Origin: Deltaproteobacteria bacterium
GTDB taxonomy: Bacteria > Myxococcota_A > UBA9160 > UBA6930
DNA: 62,070 nt
Direction of reading: 5' to 3'
Assembly: GCA_019312665.1 (NCBI GenBank)
Contig: JAFDCZ010000002.1
Coordinates: forward strand, 1-62,070
Shown here in pieces: positions 47,486-57,504 of this stretch. The position numbers were made by a program, and so were the translations under genes. The notes beneath the pieces were generated by a model. The model saw only the letters and a program-made list of their open reading frames with translations, made no database searches and had not been told where the DNA came from. Numbering within the stretch: position 1 is the first letter of the stretch; every line of letters starts with the position of its first letter.

Positions 47486-48622
47486 ATGCCCGAGTTCCAG
47501 CCCTTCCAGATCTCCGCCAGCGACGAGCAGCTCGACGATCTCCGTCGTCGCCTCCAGAACACCCGTTGGCCGGAGGCGGAGACTCCCGATGATTGGTCCC
47601 AGGGCATCCCCCTGGCCTACACCCAGGAAGTCTGCGCGTACTGGGCCGAAAAATATGACTGGCGTGCACGCGAAACTCGCCTCAACCGGTTCGAGCAATT
47701 CAAGACCGGAATCGACGGCCTGGACATCCATTTCGTTCACGTGCGGTCGCCTCATGAGAACGCGTTGCCGCTCGTCATCACCCACGGTTGGCCCGGCTCG
47801 ATCGTGGAGTTCCAGAAAGTCATCGAGCCGCTGACGAACCCGACCGCCCACGGCGGGGACGCCGCCGATGCCTTCCATGTCGTCTGCCCCTCGCTCCCGG
47901 GCTTCGGTTTCTCGGACAAGCCAACCGGGCCGGGCTGGGGCATTCCAAGAATCGCCGCAGCCTGGGCCGAGCTGATGCCGAAACTCGGCTACCCGAGCTA
48001 TGTCGCCCAGGGCGGCGACTGGGGCGCGATGGTCACGACCGCAATCGGCATGCAGGACCCGGAGAATTGCCGTGGCATCCACCTGAACATGCCGATCGTC
48101 GCTCCGGACCCGGAGACGATGTCGGAACTCACCGAGCAGGAACAAAGCGCGCTCGCAGGAATGCAGCACTACCAGGACAAGGATTCGGGCTACTCGAAGC
48201 AGCAGAGCACTCGGCCTCAGACCCTTGGCTACGGGCTCACGGATTCTCCCGCCGGCCAGGCCGCTTGGATCCTCGAGAAGTTCTGGTCATGGACGGATTG
48301 CGATGGCCATCCCGAGAACGCCCTCACCCGGGACGAGATGCTCGACAACGTGATGCTTTACTGGCTCCCCGCGACGGCTGCATCCTCCGCCCGTCTGTAC
48401 TGGGAAAGCTTCAACCAGGTCAGCATGGATCCCATAGGGATCCCGGTCGGCTGCACGATCTTCCCAAAGGAAATCTTCCGCTGCTCCCGCCGCTGGGCCG
48501 AGAAACGCTTCACGAATCTCATCCACTGGAACGAGCCCGAACGCGGAGGCCACTTCGCCGCCTTCGAACAACCCGCAACCTTCGTCGAGGAACTGCGAAC
48601 CTGCTTCCGCTCCCTCCGCTAA
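47486..48622 (+). CDS. Epoxide hydrolase (microsomal/EHN type)
   Basis: LDDLRRRL..TRWP, THGWPGS, QGGDWG, GGHFAAFEQP. GGAGG SD. Confidence 0.93.
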   Translation: MPEFQPFQISASDEQLDDLRRRLQNTRWPEAETPDDWSQGIPLAYTQEVCAYWAEKYDWRARETRLNRFEQFKTGIDGLDIHFVHVRSPHENALPLVITHGWPGSIVEFQKVIEPLTNPTAHGGDAADAFHVVCPSLPGFGFSDKPTGPGWGIPRIAAAWAELMPKLGYPSYVAQGGDWGAMVTTAIGMQDPENCRGIHLNMPIVAPDPETMSELTEQEQSALAGMQHYQDKDSGYSKQQSTRPQTLGYGLTDSPAGQAAWILEKFWSWTDCDGHPENALTRDEMLDNVMLYWLPATAASSARLYWESFNQVSMDPIGIPVGCTIFPKEIFRCSRRWAEKRFTNLIHWNEPERGGHFAAFEQPATFVEELRTCFRSLR

Positions 48623-48665
48623 ACAAGTAAATTCTAAACTCCGTCCCCGCTGGTTTACTTGTTTA
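48620..48665. repeat. Perfect 12-bp AT-rich inverted repeat spanning both convergent stop codons
   Basis: TAAACAAGTAAA (48620-48631) and TTTACTTGTTTA (48654-48665) with a 22-nt spacer. Confidence 0.85.
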
Positions 48666-50553
48666 TGATCTCGAGGAGGCCCTTGCCGAAGCGGTCGGCT
48701 TTGGCGGGGCCGATGCCGTGGGCGAGGAGAAGTTCTTCGCGATTGCGCGGGTGGAGAAGCGCCAGGTCTCGAAGCGTTCGGTCGCTGGCAACCACGTAGG
48801 GTGGGATACCGGCGGCGCGCGCGACTTCGAGGCGGTGGTGACGAAGTGCCTCGAAGAGCGCCTCCCCTGCTTCATCGAGGGCATCCGGAACGGCGGCGGC
48901 GCGGCCAGCTGCGGCTTTTCGCCCGGTGGCCGATCCAGCAGGCGTTCGACCCAGCGGCTTCGGCGCACCGGCCGCGGGGAGCACGAGCCGAGCCGGGAGC
49001 TCGGCTCGCATCACACGAACACCCTCCTCGGTGAGCACCACGACGGGACGATCGCCGCCGATGAAGTCGATCCAGCCGGCGGTTACGCAGCGGCGCAGTA
49101 GCTTCGTAATCCAGAGTTCTGCGCGCTCAGAGAGCGCCCCAAAGGTCGGCGTCTGGTCCAAACGGGTGTTGGCGAGCCGTTCGTCCGGGCTGCCGTGCAA
49201 GAGCTTGGCCGCTGTCTGCAATCCGAACCGGCCGTGCACTCGCGCCACACCCGAGAGCGCCTTGCGTACCACCAGCGTGACGGTCTCTTCATCGGCTTCA
49301 CCCCGGGCCACGAGATCCAGGCAGACATCGCAGCGCCCGCAGCCGGCCAGGGTTTCTTCTTCGTCACCGAAGTAGCGGAGGATGGCATCGTGACGGCAAC
49401 TGCCCCCTTCGGCCCATCGCATCAGCTCGAGGAAGAGGTTCCATTTGTGGCGCACGATCTCCGGATCTGCGGAAACGCCATTTGCATCGCTCTCGATCAA
49501 ACGCCGGCGCAGGGGAAGATCACCAGCGGAAACGAGCAGCTGCCCGATGGCGGGCTCGCCATCGCGCCCCGCCCGGCCCACCTCCTGGTAGTAGGCCTCG
49601 ATCGAGCTCGGCGGCGCGAGATGCACGACTGCACGTACGTCGGATCGATCGATCCCCATGCCGAATGCGTTCGTGGCCACGACCACTTCGGTTTTCCCAG
49701 CCGAGAACCGTCCGTGCACGGCCTCGCGAACCGCACCCCGCAAACCGGCGTGATAGGCCTCGGCGCGGTATCCGGCACGGGCCAGCCTTTCCGCCTCCTG
49801 TTCCGTCGACTTCCGGGTCGGTGCGTAGACGATGGCACAGCCCTCGACCTGGCCGGGAGAACCCACTGCATCGCGCAAGGCGGCATCCACGGACGCGTTC
49901 TTGTCGCGCTTCGAAGCCACCTCCCGGGCGCCCAACGCCAGGTTCGGCCGAGCGAACCCCCGCACCAACTGCGGTGTATCCGCAGGCAGGCCGAGCCGCG
50001 CGAGGATTTCGTCCCGCACGACCGGTGTCGCCGTGGCCGTGCATGCGAGCACCCGTGCATCCGGAATCGCAGTGATCACTTCGCCGATCTGCATGTACTC
50101 GGGCCGGAAATCATGACCCCACTCGCTGATGCAATGGGCTTCATCGACCGCAATCAAGGGACAGTCGAGATCGGCGAGCAGCGAGCGAAACCCGTCGAAG
50201 GCCAACCGTTCCGGCGCGACGTAGGCGAGCTTGTAGCTCCCCCGGCCGAGCTCGCGCATGCGGTGCCGCAGCTCGCCGCTATCCAGCGTGGCCGCCAGGA
50301 AGGTGGCCGGCACACCGACGGCTTCGAGGGCGGACACCTGATCTTGCATCAGCGAGACCAGTGGCGAGACGATCAGGCTGGTGCCCGGCAAACCTGCGGC
50401 CGGAAGCTGGTAGACGAGGCTCTTGCCACCGCCGGTGGGCGCGACGAGGAGCAGCTTCCCCACGCGCAGCAGCGTTTCCACCGCCTCCCGTTGCCCCGGG
50501 CGGAACTTCTCGAGCCCAAAACGCTCGAGCGATCCATTCAGATCCATCGACAC
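48655..50553 (-). CDS. recQ: ATP-dependent DNA helicase RecQ (with RQC and HRDC domains)
   Basis: PTGGGKS, DEAHCISEWGHDFRP, ATNAFGMGID, QEVGRAGRDG, CR...CGRCDVC, PPYVV. Start GTG 50553 or ATG 50547. Confidence 0.92.
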   Translation of the reverse strand: MSMDLNGSLERFGLEKFRPGQREAVETLLRVGKLLLVAPTGGGKSLVYQLPAAGLPGTSLIVSPLVSLMQDQVSALEAVGVPATFLAATLDSGELRHRMRELGRGSYKLAYVAPERLAFDGFRSLLADLDCPLIAVDEAHCISEWGHDFRPEYMQIGEVITAIPDARVLACTATATPVVRDEILARLGLPADTPQLVRGFARPNLALGAREVASKRDKNASVDAALRDAVGSPGQVEGCAIVYAPTRKSTEQEAERLARAGYRAEAYHAGLRGAVREAVHGRFSAGKTEVVVATNAFGMGIDRSDVRAVVHLAPPSSIEAYYQEVGRAGRDGEPAIGQLLVSAGDLPLRRRLIESDANGVSADPEIVRHKWNLFLELMRWAEGGSCRHDAILRYFGDEEETLAGCGRCDVCLDLVARGEADEETVTLVVRKALSGVARVHGRFGLQTAAKLLHGSPDERLANTRLDQTPTFGALSERAELWITKLLRRCVTAGWIDFIGGDRPVVVLTEEGVRVMRAELPARLVLPAAGAPKPLGRTPAGSATGRKAAAGRAAAVPDALDEAGEALFEALRHHRLEVARAAGIPPYVVASDRTLRDLALLHPRNREELLLAHGIGPAKADRFGKGLLEIINK

Positions 50554-50678
50554 GATGTTCCTCGGAGGAGACCGGGGCCAACGAGAGTAGCCATTCGTTT
50601 CGTCGGTGGCCCTACCCTCGACAGAGGCCCGGTTTCGCCCGGAAGGGCGGCGGCGTACCCTCGCTGAGCCCGCCCACC

Positions 50679-51836
50679 ATGACGCATCCCCTCGACCCCG
50701 ACGCCCTGCTCTCCGATGCACGGAAGGCATCCAGCCTCTCCGATTTCGGAGAGCCTTCCTTCCATTTGCCCATGGAGCGCCTTTGCAGCGCACTCCGGAA
50801 GGAAGCCCGGCTCAACGAGGTGGGGCTCGCCACCCAGAGGCAACGAATCCTCGACATCCTGGTCACGCGGCTGCGTGTCGAAGCCTTCTTCGCCGAACAG
50901 CCGGAAATCGCTGATGAGAAGATTGGTGCGCCGCTCGTCATCTGCGGGCTGCCCCGCACGGGCACCACCCTGCTGCATCGCGTACTGGCCGAAGATCCAG
51001 GGTTCGACGCCGCCCTCTGGTACGAGGTCCGGTATCCGGCGCCGTTCTCCGGCTGGGAGCCCGGACGGCCCGACGCGCGGATTTCGGCCGCTAAAGAAGA
51101 GGTGCGGATGACCCTCGAGCTGGCACCGGAGCTGATGGCGATCCATCCGTTCGATGCCACGAGTCCGGACGAGGAAATCATGCTCCTCGAGCATTCATTC
51201 TTCAGCCGTACGCCGGAATCCTTCTGCCACCTGCCTGAATTCTCGGCTTGGCTCGACGAGCAGGACCAGCTCCCGGGCTACCGCTATCTGCTTCGCCTGC
51301 TTCAATTCTTGCAGTGGCAGCATCGACAGGAAGGGCGGGCACGGGATCGCTGGGTCCTGAAGGCGCCCCATCACCTGGGCTTCCTTCCCGAGCTATTCAC
51401 GGTGTTTCCGGACGCCACGGTGATCCAGACTCACCGCGACCCGACGCACTCGATCGCCTCGATCTGCAGCCTCTGCTTCCACCTGGAGACGATGGGCAGC
51501 GACGACCCGGACCCGAAGGCCACGGGCGCCCACTGGAGCGCTGGCTGGGCGAGCTACCTGAACCGCGCCATGGCCTACCGGGATGCCGGCCACCAGGAAC
51601 ACTTCATCGACGTCGACTTCCTGGATACCGTGCGCGACCCGATCGCCTGCGTGGAGCGGATCTACGCCGCCCTCGGACGTGAACTCACGCCCATCGCGGA
51701 AGGGCAGATGCGCGCTTGGACCGAGCAGAATGCGCGCGAGAAACGCGCCGCGCATACCTACAGCCTGGAGCAGTTCGGCCTCAGCGAAGCCGGGGTTGCC
51801 CGCGACTTTGCAAGCTACCGCGCCCGATTCTGCTGA
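50679..51836 (+). CDS. Sulfotransferase family protein
   Basis: PAPS loop GLPRTGTT; WVLKAPHH; THRDP. Confidence 0.9.
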   Translation: MTHPLDPDALLSDARKASSLSDFGEPSFHLPMERLCSALRKEARLNEVGLATQRQRILDILVTRLRVEAFFAEQPEIADEKIGAPLVICGLPRTGTTLLHRVLAEDPGFDAALWYEVRYPAPFSGWEPGRPDARISAAKEEVRMTLELAPELMAIHPFDATSPDEEIMLLEHSFFSRTPESFCHLPEFSAWLDEQDQLPGYRYLLRLLQFLQWQHRQEGRARDRWVLKAPHHLGFLPELFTVFPDATVIQTHRDPTHSIASICSLCFHLETMGSDDPDPKATGAHWSAGWASYLNRAMAYRDAGHQEHFIDVDFLDTVRDPIACVERIYAALGRELTPIAEGQMRAWTEQNAREKRAAHTYSLEQFGLSEAGVARDFASYRARFC

Positions 51837-51877
51837 GCCTCACTGCCCGGCGCTGGCCTCGCACGAACCGGACGCGC

Positions 51878-52900
51878 CTAGCATCCGGCCAGCCGATAGA
51901 CTCGCGCCGCGGTGCCATGGAAGAGCATCCGTTTCTCGTCCTCGGTGAAGCCCCGAGCCACTCGCTTGAAGGCGTTCCAAAGCACCCGGTAGGAGCAGGA
52001 GATCTTGTCGACCGGGAAATTGCTTTCGAACATGCAGCGCTCCGGCCGGAAAGCCTCGATGGTTGCAAGGGTGTAGGGGCGAATCGCTTCCGAGAGTTCC
52101 TCGCTTCCAGGCGGCCGGGGGCGTTCGTGCCAGCCGAAGCCATTCAACGGCATCTGCAGACCGCCGATCTTCACGAACACATTCGAGCAGGCCGCCAAAG
52201 CCTCGATGCTGCGGCGCCAATCGGCAAAGACCTCCTCGCGCCGGCCCGCGTAGGGCCCGATGCCCAGCGGGCCACCGAAGTGATCGAGCACGATCGTCGT
52301 TTCGGGAAAGGCCTGGGCCAGATCGACCAGCTCGGGAATCTGCGGATGGTAGAGCCAGGCATCGAAAGAAAGGCCCAGCTCCCCGAGATGGGCAAAGCCC
52401 TTCCGGAAGGTTGCATCCGCCAGGAGCCCAGAGGGCGGCGCCGTATGCGAGTTGCCAATCTCGGGGCTCGCATCCCAGCCGCTGGCGTGGCGGATGCCCC
52501 GGAAATGATCCGGGCTGGCACGAAGATGCGCCTCCAGCACAGCACGCGCAGCATCGCCGAGCTCGAGATCGACGTGGCCGACGATGCCCGCGGCGGCTCG
52601 AAGCGGGCCGTAGAGCCCGCTCGCGGATTGCGCCGCGACCCCCGTTGCGAACTCGGTCTCTCCCACTGGCCGCATCGCCTCGGGCCCATCCGCCCGATAC
52701 ATCGCCACGCAATCGACGAAGACCGTGCTCACGATCCGGTGCCCGCTCTCCACGTCTTCGCGTAGCTCGTCGAAAAGGTAGCGCTCCATCCGACGCGTCC
52801 GATCCCAGAGGTGGTGGTGGGCGTCGCAGATCTCGATCTCCGGCTCGAGCACCTCTTCGTCTACCTCGTCGATCGGGTCCAGCCGGTCTCGATGCTCCAT
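51878..52900 (-). CDS. Amidohydrolase_2 family protein
   Basis: DAHHHLWD, LDHFGGP, RCMFESNFPVD, HGTAARVY. Confidence 0.9.
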   Translation of the reverse strand: MEHRDRLDPIDEVDEEVLEPEIEICDAHHHLWDRTRRMERYLFDELREDVESGHRIVSTVFVDCVAMYRADGPEAMRPVGETEFATGVAAQSASGLYGPLRAAAGIVGHVDLELGDAARAVLEAHLRASPDHFRGIRHASGWDASPEIGNSHTAPPSGLLADATFRKGFAHLGELGLSFDAWLYHPQIPELVDLAQAFPETTIVLDHFGGPLGIGPYAGRREEVFADWRRSIEALAACSNVFVKIGGLQMPLNGFGWHERPRPPGSEELSEAIRPYTLATIEAFRPERCMFESNFPVDKISCSYRVLWNAFKRVARGFTEDEKRMLFHGTAARVYRLAGC

Positions 52901-52906
52901 CTACCG

Positions 52907-52916
52907 ATGCTAGCCT
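52907..52916. promoter_or_regulatory. Bidirectional -10 promoter
   Basis: Bottom TAGCAT (52912-52907) lies 6 nt before ATG 52900. Top TGcTAGCCT (52908-52916) shares the TA. Confidence 0.6.
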
Positions 52917-52948
52917 GTCATGCTGCCGAAACGGCTGAGGAGGATGCG

Positions 52949-54184
52949 ATGATCGAGTGGAGCGAACAGCACGAAATGATCCGGGACGCGGTGCGCCGAT
53001 TCATCGAAGAGGAGATCGTTCCGAATCTCGAGGAACTCGAGCACGGCGATCTCCCGCCCTACGAGATCCTGCGCAAGATGTACGCCACCTTCGGCATGGA
53101 CGAGATGGCACGCGGCCGCTTCGAGCGGCAGATTGCGAAGGCCGAGGCGGGCGACGCCAAGGAGAAGAAAGCCCGCGAGGGGGATGGCACTGGCGACGGC
53201 GCTGCCATGCAGCTGATCCCGATCATCGAGCTCTGCCGCTACTGCCCTGGCATGGTGACGGCCCTCGGCGTTTCGGTCGGCCTCACGGGTGCTGCGATCA
53301 TGTCGAAGGGTTCCGTCGAGCAGAAGAAGCGCTGGGGCCTCGACGTGCTCACGCTCACGAAGATCGGCGCCTGGGCGATCACCGAACCGGGCTCCGGCTC
53401 GGATGCCTTCGGTGGCATGAAGGCCTCGGCCCGCCGCGAAGGCGACGAGTTCGTGCTGAACGGCAGCAAGACCTTCATCACGAACGGTCCCTTCGCCGAC
53501 ACGATCGTCTTCATCTGCAAACTCGAAGAAGAAGGCGTCGACTCGAGGGATCGGAAGATCCTGAATTTCGTACTCGATCGGGGCATGAAAGGCCTCGATC
53601 AAGGCAAGCCCCTCCGAAAGATGGGCTTGCACTCCTCACCAACCGGCGAGCTCTTCGTCAACGACCTTCGTTGCAGCATCGATCATCTCCTCGGCGGCGA
53701 GGACGCTCTGAACAAGAGCCACGGTGCCGGCCGCGAAGGCGCCAAGGACACCTTCCAGACCGAGCGCTCCGGCGTCGCGGCAATGGCCCTCGGGATCGTC
53801 TCCCGCTGCCTCGAACTCTCGGTCGCCTACTCCCGAGAGCGGGTGCAATGGGAAAAGCCGATCGGCGAGTATCAGTTGATCCAGGAAAAGCTCGCGCGCA
53901 TGGAGGTTGCGCGAATGAACCTCCAGAACCTCGTGTTCCGTACCATCGAGCTCTCCGCCCACGGCAAGAGCATGGGGCTGGCCGAAGCCTCGGCAATGAA
54001 GCTCTACGCGGCCCGCGCTGCGGTCGAGGTGGCGATGGAGGCCGTACAGGTCTTCGGCGGCAACGGTTACATGGCGGAGTACCACGTGGAGCAGCTCGCC
54101 CGGGATGCGAAGGTGCTGCAGATCTACGCGGGAACGGACGAAATCCAGATCCGTGCGATCGCTCGTGACTTGCTGACCGGCTGA
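52949..54184 (+). CDS. Acyl-CoA dehydrogenase
   Basis: AITEPGSGSDA, NGSKTFITNG, FGGNGY, IYAGTDEIQ. GAGGAGG SD. Confidence 0.93.
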   Translation: MIEWSEQHEMIRDAVRRFIEEEIVPNLEELEHGDLPPYEILRKMYATFGMDEMARGRFERQIAKAEAGDAKEKKAREGDGTGDGAAMQLIPIIELCRYCPGMVTALGVSVGLTGAAIMSKGSVEQKKRWGLDVLTLTKIGAWAITEPGSGSDAFGGMKASARREGDEFVLNGSKTFITNGPFADTIVFICKLEEEGVDSRDRKILNFVLDRGMKGLDQGKPLRKMGLHSSPTGELFVNDLRCSIDHLLGGEDALNKSHGAGREGAKDTFQTERSGVAAMALGIVSRCLELSVAYSRERVQWEKPIGEYQLIQEKLARMEVARMNLQNLVFRTIELSAHGKSMGLAEASAMKLYAARAAVEVAMEAVQVFGGNGYMAEYHVEQLARDAKVLQIYAGTDEIQIRAIARDLLTG

Positions 54185-54199
54185 GCTTCCAGCCCCACC

Positions 54200-55453
54200 G
54201 TGAGCAAGCCCGGAGAGACGCGTGCCATCGCTTTGCTCGCTGGCCTGATGGCCTATTGGGGCTTCACGGATGGCTTGAACGCCGCCGCCGCGCCCTTCCT
54301 CGCTCGTGAGTTCGGGCTCGATGATGTCGGCATCAGTCGCATGTTCGGCTGGATCTCGATCGGCGCGCTCGGCACCTACGTCCTGGCGCGTTGGGCGGAT
54401 CGCGCCGGGCGACGCCGCGTGCTTCTTTGGACGATCCTGCTGATGGGCCCCCTGTGCATCTTCACGGCGGTTGCACCCGGGCTGGGTGGGTTCATTGGCG
54501 TTCAGATCTTCACCCAGGCGTTCAAGGGGCTGCTGGTCATCCTGGTACCCGTCATGGTGACCGAGAGCCTCTCCCTGGAAACGCGGGCTCGCGGTCACGG
54601 TTGGGTGGGCCTCGCCGGCACGCTTGGCGGCGGCCTGGGACTGATCCTCGTCGCCGGTTCCGAGACCCTGCCGGGGACCTGGCGCTGGGTGTGGGGTGCG
54701 GCAGCGGCGGGCACCCTCGCCGTTCCGTTCCTGCGGCGAGTCTTGCCAGAAAGCCAACATTTCGAGCGGGCCTCAGAGGCGGGCCAGACCGCCACAGCCA
54801 TGGCACGGCACCTGTTAGGCCAGCGGTATCGCCGCCGGACGATCGCCGTTCTCATCGTTTCTGGTCTCTTCCCGATGGTGATTGCCGCCACACAGACATG
54901 GCTGATCTACTTCCCGGTGCAACACCTGGGCCTCGAACCCGCCATCGCTACCGCAGTGGTGATTCTCGGCGGGGGGTTGGCTCTGGCGGGTTTCCCCTTG
55001 GGTGGTCATCTCTCGGAACGCTGGGGGCGCCGGCCGACTTTCCTGATCACGAGCGTCCTCTTCTTCGGTGCTGCCTGGGCCTTCTACCACGTCCCAAGGG
55101 ATTTCCCCGTACACCCCGCCCTGGGGTTGATCCCCGGGATTGCGGCCATGAGTCTGTGCTCCTCGGCCGGCGTCGTTCCGTTGCGGGCCGCAGTGAGCGA
55201 ACTCTTTCCCACGGCGCTTCGCGCGACGATCAGCGGCGGTGCCGCGATCGCCACCGCACTCGGCGCCATCACGGCCTATTTCGCAAGCTCCGCACTCAGC
55301 GCATGGCTCGGTGGCCTGCCCGCCGCCGCGAGCTTGCTGGCCCTCGGAATGCCGACGGCCGGAATCATCTTCTTCCTGGCTCTCCCGGAAACCCGCGGCC
55401 AGGCCATCGAAGCCGAGGACGCCGCCCTCAGCCAAGAGACGTCCGAACGTTAG
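54200..55453 (+). CDS. MFS transporter
   Basis: About 12 TM; ADRAGRRR, SERWGRR, ELFPTALR, LPETRG. Confidence 0.9.
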   Translation: MSKPGETRAIALLAGLMAYWGFTDGLNAAAAPFLAREFGLDDVGISRMFGWISIGALGTYVLARWADRAGRRRVLLWTILLMGPLCIFTAVAPGLGGFIGVQIFTQAFKGLLVILVPVMVTESLSLETRARGHGWVGLAGTLGGGLGLILVAGSETLPGTWRWVWGAAAAGTLAVPFLRRVLPESQHFERASEAGQTATAMARHLLGQRYRRRTIAVLIVSGLFPMVIAATQTWLIYFPVQHLGLEPAIATAVVILGGGLALAGFPLGGHLSERWGRRPTFLITSVLFFGAAWAFYHVPRDFPVHPALGLIPGIAAMSLCSSAGVVPLRAAVSELFPTALRATISGGAAIATALGAITAYFASSALSAWLGGLPAAASLLALGMPTAGIIFFLALPETRGQAIEAEDAALSQETSER

Positions 55454-56241
55454 TCGGCTTCGAGCGGTCGAAGCCCTGAGAGGTTGATGCCTGCCGTTGC
55501 ACCCCCGTCGACGACCATGGCATGACCGGTGACTGCTGAGGCGTCCTCGCTACACAGGAACGCAGCCACGGATGCGATCTCTTCCGGCTGAATCAGTCGC
55601 CCGATGGCGTGGAGATCTTCGACCTCTTCTCGGGTTCGGCGGGAAGCCTTCTGGAACTGGTCGTAGAGGGGCGTCTCCACCACCCCGGGGCAGATTGCAT
55701 TGGCGCGGATTCCAAGCCGGCCGTATTCGATGGCAACATTCTTCGTGAAGTTCACCACACCGGCCTTCGCCGTCGTGTAGGGCGAAGCGAACATCTCCCC
55801 GCCAAAGGCCTCGATCGAAGCGGTGTTGACGATGGAGCCACCTCCTCGTTTCATCATCTCCGGAAGCGCGGCTCGGCAGCCATAAAAGACCGCCGTGAGC
55901 ATGATCTGCAGGCTCTTGTCCCAGCCGTCGGGATCGATCGCATGGACCGGCCCGCCACTCGTCCAGATGGCGTTGTTCATCATGATGTCGAGGCCACCGA
56001 ACTCACGAACGGTTGCAGCCACGCATGCTTCGATTTGCGCCAGCTCGCCGACATCACAGGACAAGAACTGCGCGCGACCTCCAGCCGCCTTGATTTCCCG
56101 CGCAACCTCCCCGCCTCGCGCCGAATCGATATCCGCGCAGACCACCGCAGCACCTTCGCTGGCCAGCCGCCGCAGGGTCGCAGCTCCGATTCCCGAAGCC
56201 CCGCCGGTCACGATCGCCACCTTGCCATCGAATCGTCCCAT
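55450..56241 (-). CDS. Short-chain dehydrogenase/reductase
   Basis: TGGASGIG, NNA, YTTAK, VDGG. Confidence 0.93.
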   Translation of the reverse strand: MGRFDGKVAIVTGGASGIGAATLRRLASEGAAVVCADIDSARGGEVAREIKAAGGRAQFLSCDVGELAQIEACVAATVREFGGLDIMMNNAIWTSGGPVHAIDPDGWDKSLQIMLTAVFYGCRAALPEMMKRGGGSIVNTASIEAFGGEMFASPYTTAKAGVVNFTKNVAIEYGRLGIRANAICPGVVETPLYDQFQKASRRTREEVEDLHAIGRLIQPEEIASVAAFLCSEDASAVTGHAMVVDGGATAGINLSGLRPLEAD

Positions 56242-56400
56242 CCCACCCTCCGCGGCCTACGTGTTGACGGGAAGCCTACCCCAGCGCGCGCTAGGATTCG
56301 CAGCCGTGATGCTGTGCGGCCTGCTTTTCATTCCGGGATGGGTGTCCCCCACCGGGGCCCATTTCCTGGCCGTGATCCCCCCGGACACTCCCGAGACCCC

Positions 56401-57504
56401 GTGGAACCGCTGACCCAGGCCTTGCTAGGCGCTTCGGTGGCTCGCGTGGCGGCACCGGAGCTGGGCCGGCGTGCCCTCATCTGGGGTGCCCTCGTCGGCA
56501 TGGCGCCGGATCTCGATGTCATGCTCGCACCACTCCACGGGGGCTACGGAGAGCTTCTCTACCACCGCGGCACGACCCACTCGTTGTGGTTCGGTCTGGT
56601 CGTCGGCCCCATGCTCGGCTGGCTTTCATGGCGGGTATGGGATCCGGCAGGGAAGACGGCCCTGCGCAGCTGGGTGCTGGTCTGTGTGCTGGCGCTATTC
56701 ACCCATCCGCTCCTCGATTGGTTCACGCCCTATGGCACGCAGCTCCTGGCCCCATTCAGTCGCATGCGGTTTGCGCTGAACGGCGTCGGCATCATCGACC
56801 CGTTCTACACCGGAATTCTCGCGATCGGGCTCTTCGCCCCAGCGGCGCTGGGCCTCGCTCGGGCCGCTCCCCGGCGGGTGGGCATCGCCCTCGTGCTCTC
56901 CAGCCTCTACCTGGTGGGAGGCGTCGGGCTCAACGAGCTGGCGCGGGTCGACACAGCCCGCGCGCTGGGTGCCGCTCCGGCAGAGGTTCGCGTCTACCCG
57001 ACGCTCCTCCAGCCGTTCATGCGGCGGGTGGTCGCCCGCCACGACGATCGGGTCTGGGTCGGGTGGCATACGACGCTGGCCCTCGGCTGTCCGTTCGGAG
57101 AGAGCTTCGCCCCACCGGCTGCCACTCGGGAATCCGCGCTGCTCGAGAGCACCTGGCAAGGCCAGATGATGCGCTGGTTCGCAATGGATGAGGTGGTCGT
57201 TCACACCTCCGACCTTCCGGACGGCGGAGCCGTCGTCGAGATGGAAGACCTCCGCTACAGCATGCCCGGCCAACCCGCGGCGCGAAGCATGTGGGGGGTG
57301 CGGGCCCGATAAGACTCGGCGGGCGAGCTGGTCGGAAAGGTCGAGAGATTCCGCCGCCCTCCCGCCGAGGAAACGAGCTTCGCCGTGCTGGGGGATCTCA
57401 CACTCGGACGATTCGCCCGCAGCGGCCTCGCAGGCAGCCCTGTAGGCACCTGCGCTGATTCGATCGGTGCGAAGGACGAAGCTGTGCCACCCTCCGGCCC
57501 ATGA
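56401..57504 (+). pseudogene. Membrane metal-dependent hydrolase (YdjM/YbcI-like) with an in-frame TAA at 57310-57312
   Basis: MEPLTQALLG, APDLD, HRGTTHS, THPLLDWFT.YGTQL, IIDP. The frame stays open past TAA (DSAGELVGKVERFRR...) to a TGA overlapping the next ATG. Confidence 0.7.

Noticed and set aside
57310-57312. Programmed recoding (Sec/Pyl) of the internal stop
   Set aside because: The codon is TAA, which is used by neither system.
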